From an uncultured Gammaproteobacteria bacterium (GTDB taxonomy: Bacteria > Patescibacteriota > Microgenomatia > Daviesbacterales > UBA10151): a stretch of DNA of 64,000 nucleotides. A program made the translations under genes and the position numbers. The notes under the pieces were generated by a model. That model did not search any database, was not told where the DNA came from, and saw only the letters and a list, made by a program, of their open reading frames with translations. Below, piece after piece: positions 18,049-28,672 of this stretch. Numbering within the stretch: position 1 is the first letter of the stretch; every line of letters begins with the position of its first letter. Location: NCBI GenBank assembly GCA_964392925.1, contig CAYMRP010000003.1, positions 50,786-114,785 of the forward strand, written 5' to 3'.

Positions 18049-18649
18049 TGTCAAAATTTGCGGTATAAGATCGGATATGGCGGCCAAGACCGCGGTTTAT
18101 TCAGGAGCAAAATTTTTAGGATTTAATTTTGCGTCCGGATCAAAGCGGAGAATAACGCCAGTGTTTGCCAAGCAGATAATTGATCAAATTAAAAATCAAG
18201 TTAATGTGGTTGGGGTATTTCAAAACCAGAAAGCAGAAGAAGTTAATAAAATTGCGGAGATGCTTGATTTAGATTATGTCCAACTTCATGGTGATGAGGA
18301 TGAGGAATATGTCAAAGAGATAGAAAGGCCTGTTATAAAAGTTTTGCAACTTGATCCGGATTTTAATATAACTACGGTTTTAAAAGAAATGAATAAATAT
18401 CAAGCCGAATATTTTTTATTGGATCGCAAAAAGCAAGGAAAAGGTAAAATGCTGGATACGAAAAGCCTAAGTGTTGTTTGTAAGGAGAAAAAAATATTTG
18501 TGGCCGGAGGATTAACTTGTGAGAATGTGGCTAATGTTATTAGCTCTGTAAATCCATTTGGGGTTGATGTGGCATCGGGAATTGAGACGAATCGAATAGA
18601 AGACACAGAGAAAATAAAATTATTTATGGAAAGGGCAAAAGGAGCATAG
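18041..18649 (+). CDS. trpF: Phosphoribosylanthranilate isomerase
   Basis: VKICGI, VQLHGDE, AGGL, GVDVASGIE. Confidence 0.95.
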   Translation: MINVKICGIRSDMAAKTAVYSGAKFLGFNFASGSKRRITPVFAKQIIDQIKNQVNVVGVFQNQKAEEVNKIAEMLDLDYVQLHGDEDEEYVKEIERPVIKVLQLDPDFNITTVLKEMNKYQAEYFLLDRKKQGKGKMLDTKSLSVVCKEKKIFVAGGLTCENVANVISSVNPFGVDVASGIETNRIEDTEKIKLFMERAKGA

Positions 18650-18656
18650 GAGAGTA

Positions 18657-18685
18657 GGTATTTTCTCGCTGCACTCGAAAAATAT
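18657..18685 (+). repeat. 29-bp intergenic repeat, copy 1 (before trpB)
   Basis: GGTATTTTCTCG-CTGCA-CTCGAAAAATAT; 23/29 identical to 19915-19943. Confidence 0.75.
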
Positions 18686-19912
18686 ATGATGAAAAGGGGA
18701 AAGTTTGGACAATATGGTGGGCGGTATGTACCGGAGATGTTGATTCCGGCGCTTGAAGAATTGGAAACGGCTTATGATGAGGCGAAAAAAGATCCGGAAT
18801 TTAAGAATGAATTTCTGGACTTATTAAAGAACTTTTGTGGACGGCCAACACCGCTCACATATGCTGCAAATTTAACTAAGCTGTTAGGGGGAGCAAAAAT
18901 TTATTTAAAGAATGAAGGACTCAATCATACAGGAGCTCATAAAATAACTCATTGTGTTGGTCAGGGACTACTAGCTAAAAGAATGGGTAAGACAAGGATA
19001 ATTGCGGAAACTGGGGCTGGGCAGCATGGTTTGGCATCGGCGACTGTGGCGGCCAAACTGGGAATGAAATGTACTGTTTTTATGGGTGAAGTGGATTATA
19101 ACAGGCAGAGGCCAAATGCTTTTTGGATGGAACAACTAGGAGCTGAAGTAGTACCTGTTAAATTTGGATCAAGAACTTTGAAAGATGCTGTTAATGCAGC
19201 GATTAAAGACTGGATTGAAAATGTTGATGATTCTTATTATCTTTTGGGATCGGTTGTTGGGCCGCATCCTTATCCGACAATGACTCGGGATTTTCAAGCT
19301 ATTGTTTCAAAAGAAGTTAAAGAGCAAATACAAAAATTTGAGGATAGGTTACCAGATGTGGTGATAGCTTGTGTTGGCGGAGGCAGTAACGCAATGGGGA
19401 TTTTTTCAGGATTTCTAAGTGATAAAAATATAAGATTGATTGGAGTTGAAGCAGGTGGAAAAGGGAAAGGAATAGGCAATAACGCTGTCAGATTTGAGGG
19501 AGGAACTGTGGGGATTGTTGAAGGATATAAATCCTATTTTCTTCAGGACTCAGATGGACAGTTAAATAGAACTCATTCAATTTCGGCAGGGCTTGATTAC
19601 GCAGGTATAGGGCCGGAGTTAGCTGATTTGCATGATAAAAAACGGGTTGAGTTTGTTTCTGTGACAGATAAAGAAGTGATAGAAGCTTTTCAAACATTGG
19701 CACATTCGGAAGGGATCATTCCGGCTTTAGAATCAGCACATGCTGTGGCTCAGGCTATAAAAATTGCTCCAACTTTAAAAAAATCACAAGTGATTGTGGT
19801 GAACTTATCAGGTCGAGGAGATAAGGATTTATTTATAGTGGCTAAAGCAATGAAGGATAAGAAATTTAAGAAGTTTTTAGAGGAGTATTTGGGAGGTTAC
19901 GATCAGGATTAG
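18686..19912 (+). CDS. trpB: Tryptophan synthase beta chain
   Basis: FGQYGGRYVPE, LNHTGAHK (PLP Lys), ETGAGQHG, GGGSNA, LSGRGDKD. Confidence 0.97.
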   Translation: MMKRGKFGQYGGRYVPEMLIPALEELETAYDEAKKDPEFKNEFLDLLKNFCGRPTPLTYAANLTKLLGGAKIYLKNEGLNHTGAHKITHCVGQGLLAKRMGKTRIIAETGAGQHGLASATVAAKLGMKCTVFMGEVDYNRQRPNAFWMEQLGAEVVPVKFGSRTLKDAVNAAIKDWIENVDDSYYLLGSVVGPHPYPTMTRDFQAIVSKEVKEQIQKFEDRLPDVVIACVGGGSNAMGIFSGFLSDKNIRLIGVEAGGKGKGIGNNAVRFEGGTVGIVEGYKSYFLQDSDGQLNRTHSISAGLDYAGIGPELADLHDKKRVEFVSVTDKEVIEAFQTLAHSEGIIPALESAHAVAQAIKIAPTLKKSQVIVVNLSGRGDKDLFIVAKAMKDKKFKKFLEEYLGGYDQD

Positions 19913-19914
19913 GC

Positions 19915-19943
19915 GGTATTTTCTCGGCTTGCTCGAAAAGTAT
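19915..19943 (+). repeat. 29-bp intergenic repeat, copy 2 (before trpA)
   Basis: GGTATTTTCTCG-GCTTG-CTCGAAAAGTAT. Confidence 0.75.
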
Positions 19944-19945
19944 TT

Positions 19946-20680
19946 ATGAAATTGATGACACATGTAGTGGTGGGATACCCATCACTTAAAGAGACAGAGG
20001 ATTTAATTTTGCTAATGGATGAGGTTGGAGTAGATTATATAGAACTACAAATTCCATTCTCAGATCCGTTGGCCGATGGGCCGACAATTATGAAGGCCTG
20101 TGAAGAGTCTCTAAGAAATGGGACCAAAGTTGCTGATGCGTTTTTACTGGCATCAAAATTGAAGACTAAAACTAAAACCCCACTTTTATTTATGGCTTAT
20201 TTTAATACCGTCTTTCACTACGGCATTCAGAAGTTTTGTAAAGATGCAAAACGCGCCGGAATTGCCGGACTAATTGTGCCGGATTTTCCCCTTGAAGAGG
20301 AAGAAACAGAGCACTTTAATCAAATTCTAAAGCAGAATGGGCTATTAAATATAAAAGTATTGTCTCCTGCTTCAACAGAGGAGCGGATAAAAATGAATGC
20401 GGAAGTGGGGACCGGATTTGTATATTGCACAGCAAGGCAAGGAATCACCGGAGCCGAGAAAGGATTTGATCCGAAAGTGATTAAGTATCTAAAAACTGTT
20501 AAAAAACATTTTAAAATTCCGGTAGCATTAGGGTTTGGGATTTCAACTAAAGGACATATATCACAGATGGAAGGATTGGCTGATGTGGCAGTTGTTGGGA
20601 GCGCGATATTGGATATCATTAATTCGAATAGAAAAGAATATTTAAATAAAGTAAGAGACTTTTTGAAGGATCTGAGATAA
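19946..20680 (+). CDS. trpA: Tryptophan synthase alpha chain
   Basis: IELQIPFSDPLADGPTI, GITG, LGFGIS, VVGSA. Confidence 0.96.
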   Translation: MKLMTHVVVGYPSLKETEDLILLMDEVGVDYIELQIPFSDPLADGPTIMKACEESLRNGTKVADAFLLASKLKTKTKTPLLFMAYFNTVFHYGIQKFCKDAKRAGIAGLIVPDFPLEEEETEHFNQILKQNGLLNIKVLSPASTEERIKMNAEVGTGFVYCTARQGITGAEKGFDPKVIKYLKTVKKHFKIPVALGFGISTKGHISQMEGLADVAVVGSAILDIINSNRKEYLNKVRDFLKDLR

Positions 20681-20695
20681 AATGAGGAAGATTAT

Positions 20696-21691
20696 ATGAA
20701 GAAAACAGTTTTGTCAGGAATAAGAGCTACAGGAAGATTGCATTTAGGTAACTATTTAGGGGCAGTTAAGGGAATGCTGGAGTTACAAGATAATCCAGAA
20801 TATGAAACATTCTATATGGTGGCGGATGTGCACACTATAACTACGCCATATAATATTGAGGAACTAAAGGTTAATAGACGGGAAGTTATTTTAGATTATC
20901 TGGCGGCAGGTCTTGATCCGGAAAGATCAGTTATATTCCAACAGGCAGAAGTTCCTGAGCATCTAGAGTTAGCATTTTATTTTTCATCGGCGGTAACTAT
21001 TGCGCGTATGCAACATTTACCGACATTTAAAGAAAAAGTTAAACAATATCCAGATAACGCGACGATGGCGCTTTTGAACTATCCAATATTAATGGCAGCT
21101 GATATTTTGATTTATAAAGCAGGACTGGTGCCTGTTGGAATCGATCAGGAGCCGCATTTGGAAGTTGCAAGGGTAATTGCAAATAATATGAATAATCTTT
21201 ATGGAACTGATTTTCCAGAACCGGTTAGGTTTGCCACAAAAGGAGAGTATGTGCCTTCTTTGACTGGTGAAGGGAAGATGAGTAAAACTGTAGAGGGAAG
21301 CTTTATAAATATTACGGATGATCTTGAGGTGATTAGAACAAAAGTTGCTAAATTACCAACAGATGCAGGGTCTGGGGTTTTAGGTGAGAATGGACCGGAA
21401 AAAGGAAGTCCTTTGCAGACAGTTTTGGCGTTTGTGGAATTGTTTCAGGGCAAGGAGAAGGCAGAGTTTTATAAAAAAATGTATATTAATGAAGGGATTA
21501 GATACGGTGACTTAAAAAGGGAGTTATCTGAGGCTATTTTTGACGAATTAAGACCACTACAGGAAAAAAGAAAAGAGCTTGAGAATAATCCTGAGTTTGT
21601 TGATAAGGTGATAAAAGAAGGGGCTGAAAAAGCGAGGGTTGTGGCGAGTAAGACATTAAGAGAAGTTAAGGAAAGAATGGGACTCACATAG
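20696..21691 (+). CDS. trpS: Tryptophanyl-tRNA synthetase
   Basis: HLGN (HIGH), YPILMAADIL, VPVGIDQ, KMSKT. Confidence 0.96.
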   Translation: MKKTVLSGIRATGRLHLGNYLGAVKGMLELQDNPEYETFYMVADVHTITTPYNIEELKVNRREVILDYLAAGLDPERSVIFQQAEVPEHLELAFYFSSAVTIARMQHLPTFKEKVKQYPDNATMALLNYPILMAADILIYKAGLVPVGIDQEPHLEVARVIANNMNNLYGTDFPEPVRFATKGEYVPSLTGEGKMSKTVEGSFINITDDLEVIRTKVAKLPTDAGSGVLGENGPEKGSPLQTVLAFVELFQGKEKAEFYKKMYINEGIRYGDLKRELSEAIFDELRPLQEKRKELENNPEFVDKVIKEGAEKARVVASKTLREVKERMGLT

Positions 21692-21693
21692 AT

Positions 21694-22014
21694 ATGGCGA
21701 CGATTGATGATTTTGCAAAATTAGAAATAAAAGTGGGGACTGTTTTGGAGGCTGCGGAGATTGAAGGTTCGGAGAGACTTTTAAAGCTGATCGTCGATTT
21801 AGGAGAAGAAAGTCCAAGACAAATTCTTTCGGGAATTAAACAATGGTATGCACCGGAAGACTTAGTAGACAGACAGTTTGTTTTTATTGCTAATTTGGAG
21901 CCTAGAATGATGATGGGTTTGGAGTCACAGGGGATGATATTGGCTGCGGACGGTGAAAAACCAATTCCTCTAATACCATCAGAGAAAGTTCCTTCAGGTT
22001 CACGAATCCGCTAA
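21694..22014 (+). CDS. tRNA-binding OB-fold protein (Trbp111/CsaA/MetG C-terminal-like)
   Basis: IDDFAKLEIKVG, RQILSGI, NLEPRMMMGLESQGMIL. Confidence 0.9.
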   Translation: MATIDDFAKLEIKVGTVLEAAEIEGSERLLKLIVDLGEESPRQILSGIKQWYAPEDLVDRQFVFIANLEPRMMMGLESQGMILAADGEKPIPLIPSEKVPSGSRIR

Positions 22015-22024
22015 AATAGATTTA

Positions 22025-23410
22025 ATGTCCAAGATAATATGGCCAGTGATACTGATTGCACTTCTTAGTTTTTTAACTTTTGGTCCAATTGATACTCAAT
22101 TTAAAAGAGCTGCTTCGCGATATACGGGACTGGCGACTTTGAGTATTCCAATTTCTGGAACTGGATCGATGTTTCCGACTTTTCCTAAAGGTGTCGGTAA
22201 AACTCCTAAAGAATTATCAGATGAGTTAGTGGCAAGAGTCGATATGTATGTCTACCCAAATCCAAGATTTAAGCCGGGGCGTGGTGATATTGTGGAGTTT
22301 CAAAATGCTAAAACTAATGAGATTGAAACTAAAGAGTATGGGTCGGATGATGTAGCAGGTTTTGTAAAAAGAATAGTCGGTTTACCTGGCGAAACAATTG
22401 AGATTAGAGATGGTCAGGTACTAATAGGAGATAATGTGCTTGATGAGCCATATATTGCTCTAGCCCGGTCGACTTTTGGTGGGGAAGCAATTGCTGATTG
22501 TGCAAGAACTAATATTCCTCAAGGCAAATATTTAGTTTTGGGGGATAATCGAAAAGCGAGTAATGATTCAAGGCATGATGTCGGATTAATTGATGAAAAA
22601 GATATTGGATTTATTTTGCCGGTGCAAAATCAAAAAGGCGTGTGGGATAAGAATTATAGAGACACCTCAAAAGACTCAGATCAGTCCTCGAAGATTCATC
22701 TAGATAAAGATAAATATGTGGAGTTTTTAAATTCGCTGCGTGAAGAAGCTGGTCTTAAGCCGCTTAAGTATGAAAAAAAGCTAGAGAATTCAGCGAGACT
22801 TAGAGGTTCTCAGATGCTTAAATATGATGATTTTTCTTTCGAAGCTTCGAAATCCGGATATACGATGGACAAGGCTTTTTTAGAGGCGAATTATTGGAAT
22901 CCGGTAAAAGGGGAAAGCACGATTCAGGGATATTATTCTTCTGAGGAATTGATTGAAGGGATAATAGCATTTAACAAAACGGGCAGTATTTTGACTGATA
23001 AAGATATCCAAGAGATCGGGATATCAGAAGTTCAAGGTGAGGTGAATGGCTGTCCGACACAGGTAATTGTTCAGCATTTTGCTGGCTATACACCACCTAA
23101 TTATCCGGCTGACCAGGTGGATTCGTTTAGAAATGGACTAATTAATCTTAAAAAAGTTCAGATCTCGTGGGGTGAATTAAGAAATGACCCATCAAATAGC
23201 GAATTTTATAATCAGAATAAACAGGATATAGACAGGTTAAATGAGATTATTAGTATACGGATTTCCCGGTTGGAACCGATTGTGAATAAGGTTGTTTCAA
23301 ACGTTTGGTTAAGTCCTATTGAGAATAATTATATTAAAGAAGATGAGGGGCTGGCCGTGGAGCAAAATAGTTTGGCAGGTAAGATTAATCAAGCAATACA
23401 AAGGTTCTAA
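22025..23410 (+). CDS. lepB: Signal peptidase I (S26) fused to a CAP/SCP-like domain
   Basis: GSMFPT (Ser), VKRIVGLPGE (Lys), GDNRKASNDSR; then LNSLREEAGLKPL..LENSA..EIGI..IVQHFA. Confidence 0.8.
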   Translation: MSKIIWPVILIALLSFLTFGPIDTQFKRAASRYTGLATLSIPISGTGSMFPTFPKGVGKTPKELSDELVARVDMYVYPNPRFKPGRGDIVEFQNAKTNEIETKEYGSDDVAGFVKRIVGLPGETIEIRDGQVLIGDNVLDEPYIALARSTFGGEAIADCARTNIPQGKYLVLGDNRKASNDSRHDVGLIDEKDIGFILPVQNQKGVWDKNYRDTSKDSDQSSKIHLDKDKYVEFLNSLREEAGLKPLKYEKKLENSARLRGSQMLKYDDFSFEASKSGYTMDKAFLEANYWNPVKGESTIQGYYSSEELIEGIIAFNKTGSILTDKDIQEIGISEVQGEVNGCPTQVIVQHFAGYTPPNYPADQVDSFRNGLINLKKVQISWGELRNDPSNSEFYNQNKQDIDRLNEIISIRISRLEPIVNKVVSNVWLSPIENNYIKEDEGLAVEQNSLAGKINQAIQRF

Positions 23411-23485
23411 ACATCAAATTCAGGCGCAGTGGCGGAATATAGACATGAGTGATATACTTGGCCTCGATGTGGTGTAAATAACTTT

Positions 23486-25384
23486 ATGAAGCTTCCTAAA
23501 ACAAAACTCCCAGCATTTCCAGCCAAGAAAAACGGTAAAAATAACCGAATGAATTCAGTTTTTAAAACAATAGGTATTTATGTGCTGATTGGTTTAGCAG
23601 TGATGCTTTTTATGAATGGCATTTCGGGATCAGGATCAAATGGTGATGAAGTTGCGTTATCTCAGGTTATAAACGAGATTAAGGAAGAAAAAGTTGAGAA
23701 AGTGAGCCTTGAGGGAGAGAAAGTCTTAATAGATTATAAAGATTCAGATAAAACTGCTGTAAGCCGGAAAGAAGCCGGGGAATCAATATACAGAATTTTT
23801 GAGAGTGCAGGAGTTGATCCAGCCAAGGTGAATATTGAGGTAAAGGATATGTCCTGGCAGCAGAACTGGATCGCAATCTTAGGCACAGTATTACCTATTT
23901 TAATAATGGTTGGATTTTTCTTCTTAATATTTAGGCAGGCTAAAGATGGGGCACAAGGAATTTTTTCGTTTGGACAATCAAGAGCCAGATTATTCACCAA
24001 AGATCAGCCGCAGATTAAATTTACGGATGTGGCTGGAGTTGATGAGGCTAAGAAGGAGCTAGAAGAGGTTGTAGATTTTCTTAAAAATCCAGGTAAATAT
24101 AAAGAGATCGGAGCGAGAACTCCAAAAGGAGTATTGCTAGTGGGACCTCCTGGAACTGGAAAAACATTGCTTTCAAGAGCAATTGCTGGAGAGGCAGGAG
24201 TGCCATTCTTCTCGATTGCCGGATCTGAATTTATGGAGATGTTGGTTGGAGTTGGTGCTGCCCGTGTTCGTGATATGTTTGCTCAAGCTAAAAAGAACGC
24301 CCCAGGAATTATTTTTATTGACGAAATAGAATCTATTGGTCGTGCCCGAGGGAATGGTATGGGGGGCGGTCATGACGAGCGTGAACAAACATTAAATCAG
24401 ATCTTGGTGGAAATGGATGGTTTTGCGCCGAATGAATCAGTAATTGTGGTGGCCGCAACGAATAGGCCTGATCTACTAGATCCAGCATTAGTTCGTCCGG
24501 GTCGGTTTGATAGAAGAGTGGTGATTGGATTTCCGGATCTGCATGAACGTGAAGAGATTATAAAGCTGCATATGAAGGGCAAACCTTTTACAAAAGATGC
24601 TGATATGCATAGACTCGCCAGAAGAACAGTGGGGTTTTCAGGAGCTGATTTGGCTAATATGTTAAATGAGGCGGCAATTTTGGCAGCCCGTGAAGGTAAA
24701 AAAGAAATTGGTCCGATTGAGCTTGAGGAAGCAGCGACAAAAGTTAAAATGGGTCCCCAAAGAAAAAGAATGCAGTCAGAAAGAGATAGAAATTTGGCTG
24801 CGTATCACGAAGCTGGGCATGCAATGGTGGGACATATGTTGCCAATGGTTGATCCAGTTCACAGGATTACCATTGTTTCGCGTGGTATGAGTGGAGGGCA
24901 TACGATGTTTCCACCAACAGAGGACAGATCTAATGAAACAAAGTCCAGACTTCTTCAGCAAATCGCAACTGCTTTAGGCGGAAGAGCAGCAGAAGAGCTA
25001 ATCTTTAAAGATGTATCAACAGGCGCTTCGAATGATATGGAAGTAGCGACAAATATCGCTCGGGAAATGGTTACATCTTACGGAATGAGTGGATTAGGGC
25101 CGATTAATATCGCACCAAGAGGTGGAAACTTTGGAATGTACCGGGAAGAAGGGGCGAATGTTTCGGAGGCTTTGCAAAGCAAAATTGATACTGAGATTTC
25201 AAAGATTATTGATGAAGCTTATAAAGAAGCGAAATTAATACTTAGCAAGAATAAGGGGAAGCTTGATAAGACAGCTAAGGCATTACTGGAGAAAGAAACT
25301 TTAGACACTGATGAATTTGAAAGAATTGTGGGAAAAAAGAAAACATTAGAGGCTAAATCTACGACTTCTCCAGTGCTGGCATAA
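23486..25384 (+). CDS. ftsH: ATP-dependent zinc metalloprotease FtsH
   Basis: 2 [28 protein letters not shown]. Confidence 0.97.
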   Translation: MKLPKTKLPAFPAKKNGKNNRMNSVFKTIGIYVLIGLAVMLFMNGISGSGSNGDEVALSQVINEIKEEKVEKVSLEGEKVLIDYKDSDKTAVSRKEAGESIYRIFESAGVDPAKVNIEVKDMSWQQNWIAILGTVLPILIMVGFFFLIFRQAKDGAQGIFSFGQSRARLFTKDQPQIKFTDVAGVDEAKKELEEVVDFLKNPGKYKEIGARTPKGVLLVGPPGTGKTLLSRAIAGEAGVPFFSIAGSEFMEMLVGVGAARVRDMFAQAKKNAPGIIFIDEIESIGRARGNGMGGGHDEREQTLNQILVEMDGFAPNESVIVVAATNRPDLLDPALVRPGRFDRRVVIGFPDLHEREEIIKLHMKGKPFTKDADMHRLARRTVGFSGADLANMLNEAAILAAREGKKEIGPIELEEAATKVKMGPQRKRMQSERDRNLAAYHEAGHAMVGHMLPMVDPVHRITIVSRGMSGGHTMFPPTEDRSNETKSRLLQQIATALGGRAAEELIFKDVSTGASNDMEVATNIAREMVTSYGMSGLGPINIAPRGGNFGMYREEGANVSEALQSKIDTEISKIIDEAYKEAKLILSKNKGKLDKTAKALLEKETLDTDEFERIVGKKKTLEAKSTTSPVLA

Positions 25385-25400
25385 CTTAAGAGATAAGTAT

Positions 25401-27155
25401 TTATTCGACTATGAAACCCTTAACTTGGTGATCCCAGATTTTCTTGAAAAGTCCTTTTGGTTTTTTTAGAAGTTCTTCAGGGGTTCCATCTTCTGCTATT
25501 TTTCCTTGATCTATAAAAATAATTCTGTCCATCTTTTTTAAAGTTGAAAGGCGGTGAGCAATTGCTATAACGGTTTTATTTTTCATTAGTTGGTTGAGTG
25601 ATATTTGGATTGCGTGCTCACTAGCGCTATCTAAGCTGCTGGTTGCTTCATCTAAAATTAGAATAGGAGAATTCTTTAGAAAGGCCCTGGCGATAGCTAC
25701 TCTTTGTCTTTGGCCCCCGGAAAGTTTGACACCTCTTTCTCCAACGAGAGTCTCGTATCCGCTAGGTAAATTCATAATGAAATCATGGGCCTCGGCGAGT
25801 TTAGCTGCATTTTTTATATCAATAATAGTGGCTTCTGGATTACTGTAACCAATGTTTTCGCTAATAGTTCTATGGAATAAACTTGTATCTTGAGGAACAA
25901 AGGCAACTCCACGTCTTAGGCTATCAAGGCTAATTTTGGAAATACTTTCACCATCAATTTTTATATCGCCGTTTACAACTTCGAAATGACGAAGTAAAAG
26001 CGAGACAAAGGTCGTTTTACCTGCGCCGCTTTTTCCAACCAATCCAACTTTTTGGCCTGCTGGAATTGTGAGTGAGAAGTTTTTAAAAACAGTTGAGTTG
26101 TCATAATCAAAATCTACTGATTCAATTGAAATCTCCCCTTTAAGAATATTGAAATTAATGACACCTGGAGCATCGGTGATTGTATGCTCACTGAGTATCT
26201 CTTCTAAGCCTTCTTTGGTCTCTCCGTAGTCACGGGCTGCCTGTTTAATTTGTTGGCCAATGGCAAAAAGTCCCTGACTTAAATCAACAACCATAGCAAT
26301 CACCATGACTATAACGCCGATACTGACGAGCCCATTCTGGAATAGATATACAGAAGAGGCGATCATCAAGAGCATGAATAGAGAAATCATGAACCCGTTG
26401 ATTACTAGAACCCATTCACTAAACCGCCACTGTGAGAGAGAGGCTTCTGTCTGCTTGTCAACATATTTTTTAATATACTGTCTTTCTCCGCCGACGAAGG
26501 CATTTTCATGAACAAGTGAGATGTTAGATAGGGAGTCTACAATTTTACCCCGCAACACAGACATGGATTTGGCAAATCTTACAGAATAAGATTTCATTTT
26601 TAATGCCAGGTAAAAATTGAGTGATAAAAAAATTAGAGACCAGATTAAAAGAATACCTCCAAGTAAAATGTTTTCCATAAATGAAATTACTGCATAACTA
26701 AAAAGACCAATTGCTATCGGTATAAATTCCCATAAGAGTCTTTCAAATAAACTTCTTGAGCCTTCGACGGCATTGGAGACTTTGCTTGAGAGGGCACCTG
26801 CGAAGCGGTTGTTGAAGTAATCCTTACTGTGAAGGGTTAAATAGTTGTACAAAGACTGATAAGCGTAAGAGCGAAAACTAGTAAACCATCGCATACCAGC
26901 AAATCCGCTGCTGCGCCACAGACTTCTGCCTATAAAATGAACAGCGGGGAATAATAGTGCCCAAAACCAAATGGCACTAAAATCAGCTGGGTTATTAGTC
27001 AAGCTATTTGTTAAATTGCGCAAAATTACTACATGGAATCTATCCAGCCCTGTGGCTAGAAGTGCAAAAAATAAAGCAGGGAGTGCCCACTTAAGGTATG
27101 GTCTTGAAGCAAATAATCCAAATTTAAATGGATTCCGGGGAATTCTATCGGGCAT
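25401..27155 (-). CDS. ABC exporter, fused permease/ATPase
   Basis: TM domain plus GKSGAGKT, LSGGQRQR, DEATS. Confidence 0.93.
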   Translation of the reverse strand: MPDRIPRNPFKFGLFASRPYLKWALPALFFALLATGLDRFHVVILRNLTNSLTNNPADFSAIWFWALLFPAVHFIGRSLWRSSGFAGMRWFTSFRSYAYQSLYNYLTLHSKDYFNNRFAGALSSKVSNAVEGSRSLFERLLWEFIPIAIGLFSYAVISFMENILLGGILLIWSLIFLSLNFYLALKMKSYSVRFAKSMSVLRGKIVDSLSNISLVHENAFVGGERQYIKKYVDKQTEASLSQWRFSEWVLVINGFMISLFMLLMIASSVYLFQNGLVSIGVIVMVIAMVVDLSQGLFAIGQQIKQAARDYGETKEGLEEILSEHTITDAPGVINFNILKGEISIESVDFDYDNSTVFKNFSLTIPAGQKVGLVGKSGAGKTTFVSLLLRHFEVVNGDIKIDGESISKISLDSLRRGVAFVPQDTSLFHRTISENIGYSNPEATIIDIKNAAKLAEAHDFIMNLPSGYETLVGERGVKLSGGQRQRVAIARAFLKNSPILILDEATSSLDSASEHAIQISLNQLMKNKTVIAIAHRLSTLKKMDRIIFIDQGKIAEDGTPEELLKKPKGLFKKIWDHQVKGFIVE

Positions 27156-27223
27156 TAAGGAATTATATCAGCTTCTGTTGTCTGGTTATCGAAAGCATCC
27201 GAGGAAATGGTAGAATATAGCTT

Positions 27224-27982
27224 ATGGGGAAACGGTTAATTGATTTGGCAATCGTGATTCCAACACTTAACGAAGAAAAATATATTGGCGGATTACTAAA
27301 TTCAATTGCCCGACAAACAATTCAGCCTAAAGAAGTAGTGGTAGTAGATGCTTTTTCGAAGGATAAAACTGAAGAAGAGGTTAAAAGTTGGTTTAAAAAA
27401 ATTCCCCAATTAAAATTTTATCAAACTCCAAAGCACACAATCTCGAGGCAAAGAAATTTAGGGGTAAAGAAAACTAAAGCTTCACGAATATTATTTTTAG
27501 ATGCGGATACGGCTTTAATTGATGACGATACGTTGGAGAAATACCTAGAAGAGGTGGAAGAGAAATCAGCTGAACTAGCTGTGGCCTGTAACTATCCATT
27601 ATCAGAGCACTGGAAGGATAAGGCTTATTTTCAGGCTGCTAATTTAACTACTAAAGTGGGTAAACATGTTTGGCCGATGGCAGTTGGGATAAATCTATTT
27701 TGTTTAAGAAAGGTTTTTGAAAGGCTGCACGGATTTGATGAAAAGATTAAAGTAGGTGAGGATATTGAAATGGTGCAGCGTTTTGCAAAAGCTGGAGTTA
27801 GGTATGAAGTATTGGAAGAACCAAAAATTCACACCTCGGTTAGGAGATTGCGTAAAGAAGGGAGAATAAGGTTTGTGTTGATGATGATTAATTCTTTTTT
27901 TGCAGCCCATATCTATGGCTATAGTAAGAATCCAGTTGCTAAAGGATATGAATTTGGGAAGCATCCTCACTTTGATAATTAA
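27224..27982 (+). CDS. Glycosyltransferase family 2
   Basis: IVIPTLNEE, VVD..SKD, FLDAD, GED, TSVRR. Confidence 0.9.
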   Translation: MGKRLIDLAIVIPTLNEEKYIGGLLNSIARQTIQPKEVVVVDAFSKDKTEEEVKSWFKKIPQLKFYQTPKHTISRQRNLGVKKTKASRILFLDADTALIDDDTLEKYLEEVEEKSAELAVACNYPLSEHWKDKAYFQAANLTTKVGKHVWPMAVGINLFCLRKVFERLHGFDEKIKVGEDIEMVQRFAKAGVRYEVLEEPKIHTSVRRLRKEGRIRFVLMMINSFFAAHIYGYSKNPVAKGYEFGKHPHFDN

Positions 27983-28566
27983 TGGATAAGACTAGCTGGG
28001 GTCTTTTAGTTCTGGTCTCTATTTTATTTGTTTTATATTTACCGCTTGATTCTCCAAAGAGCTCAGTTTATGATTTTAAATCAGCTATTGATGATTACAT
28101 TCCGCTTTGGACAGGATTTGTAATAATTTACATTTCTTATGCAGTCTACTTAGGTTTTACTTTTTGGTATTTTTATAAAAAAAATAAACCTAGGGATTTA
28201 AATATAATTCTGTCTTCGATTGCGTTGTCCTGCAGCCTGGCTTATTTAGTGTATATCTTTTATCAGAACTCGATTGAAAGGCCGCAAATAATTGAAAGAA
28301 ATATATTCGACTCTGTTTACACACAGATTAATTTATATGTACCGCCATATAATGCTTTTCCTAGTCTGCATGTAGCTATCTCCGCTGTTTGCGCTTTAGG
28401 TTATTTGAGTATTAAATCAAAGTTATTTAAATGGATGGCAACATGGACAATACTAATAATTGCTTCGACAGTTTTGACCAAGCAGCATTATTTTTTGGAT
28501 ATAGTCGGTGGAATTTTTTTAGCAGCTGGCTCATTTTATATAGCTAAAATGTTATTTAGAAAGTGA
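27982..28566 (+). CDS. PAP2 superfamily membrane phosphatase/phosphotransferase
   Basis: NAFPSLHV, STVLTKQHYFLD. Confidence 0.85.
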   Translation: MDKTSWGLLVLVSILFVLYLPLDSPKSSVYDFKSAIDDYIPLWTGFVIIYISYAVYLGFTFWYFYKKNKPRDLNIILSSIALSCSLAYLVYIFYQNSIERPQIIERNIFDSVYTQINLYVPPYNAFPSLHVAISAVCALGYLSIKSKLFKWMATWTILIIASTVLTKQHYFLDIVGGIFLAAGSFYIAKMLFRK

Positions 28567-28672
28567 GAGAGGAAGTTAAATCTGATACAATCTGCAGATA
28601 AGAATTTGTGTTTTGTAGTACCTGACTTTTTCAAATCTGTGTTGTTTGAAAAAGAGAAAGAAAATTTAAAGA

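Noticed and set aside
23423-23444. GGCGCAGTGGCGGAATATAGAC resembling a tRNA-Leu 5' half
   Set aside because: No anticodon or T arm follows; too short to distinguish from chance in the ftsH promoter region.
28626-28654. Hairpin CTTTTTCAAA..TTTGAAAAAG upstream of polA
   Set aside because: AT-rich stem with no + strand U tract; cannot tell a regulatory element from a terminator for the opposite strand.
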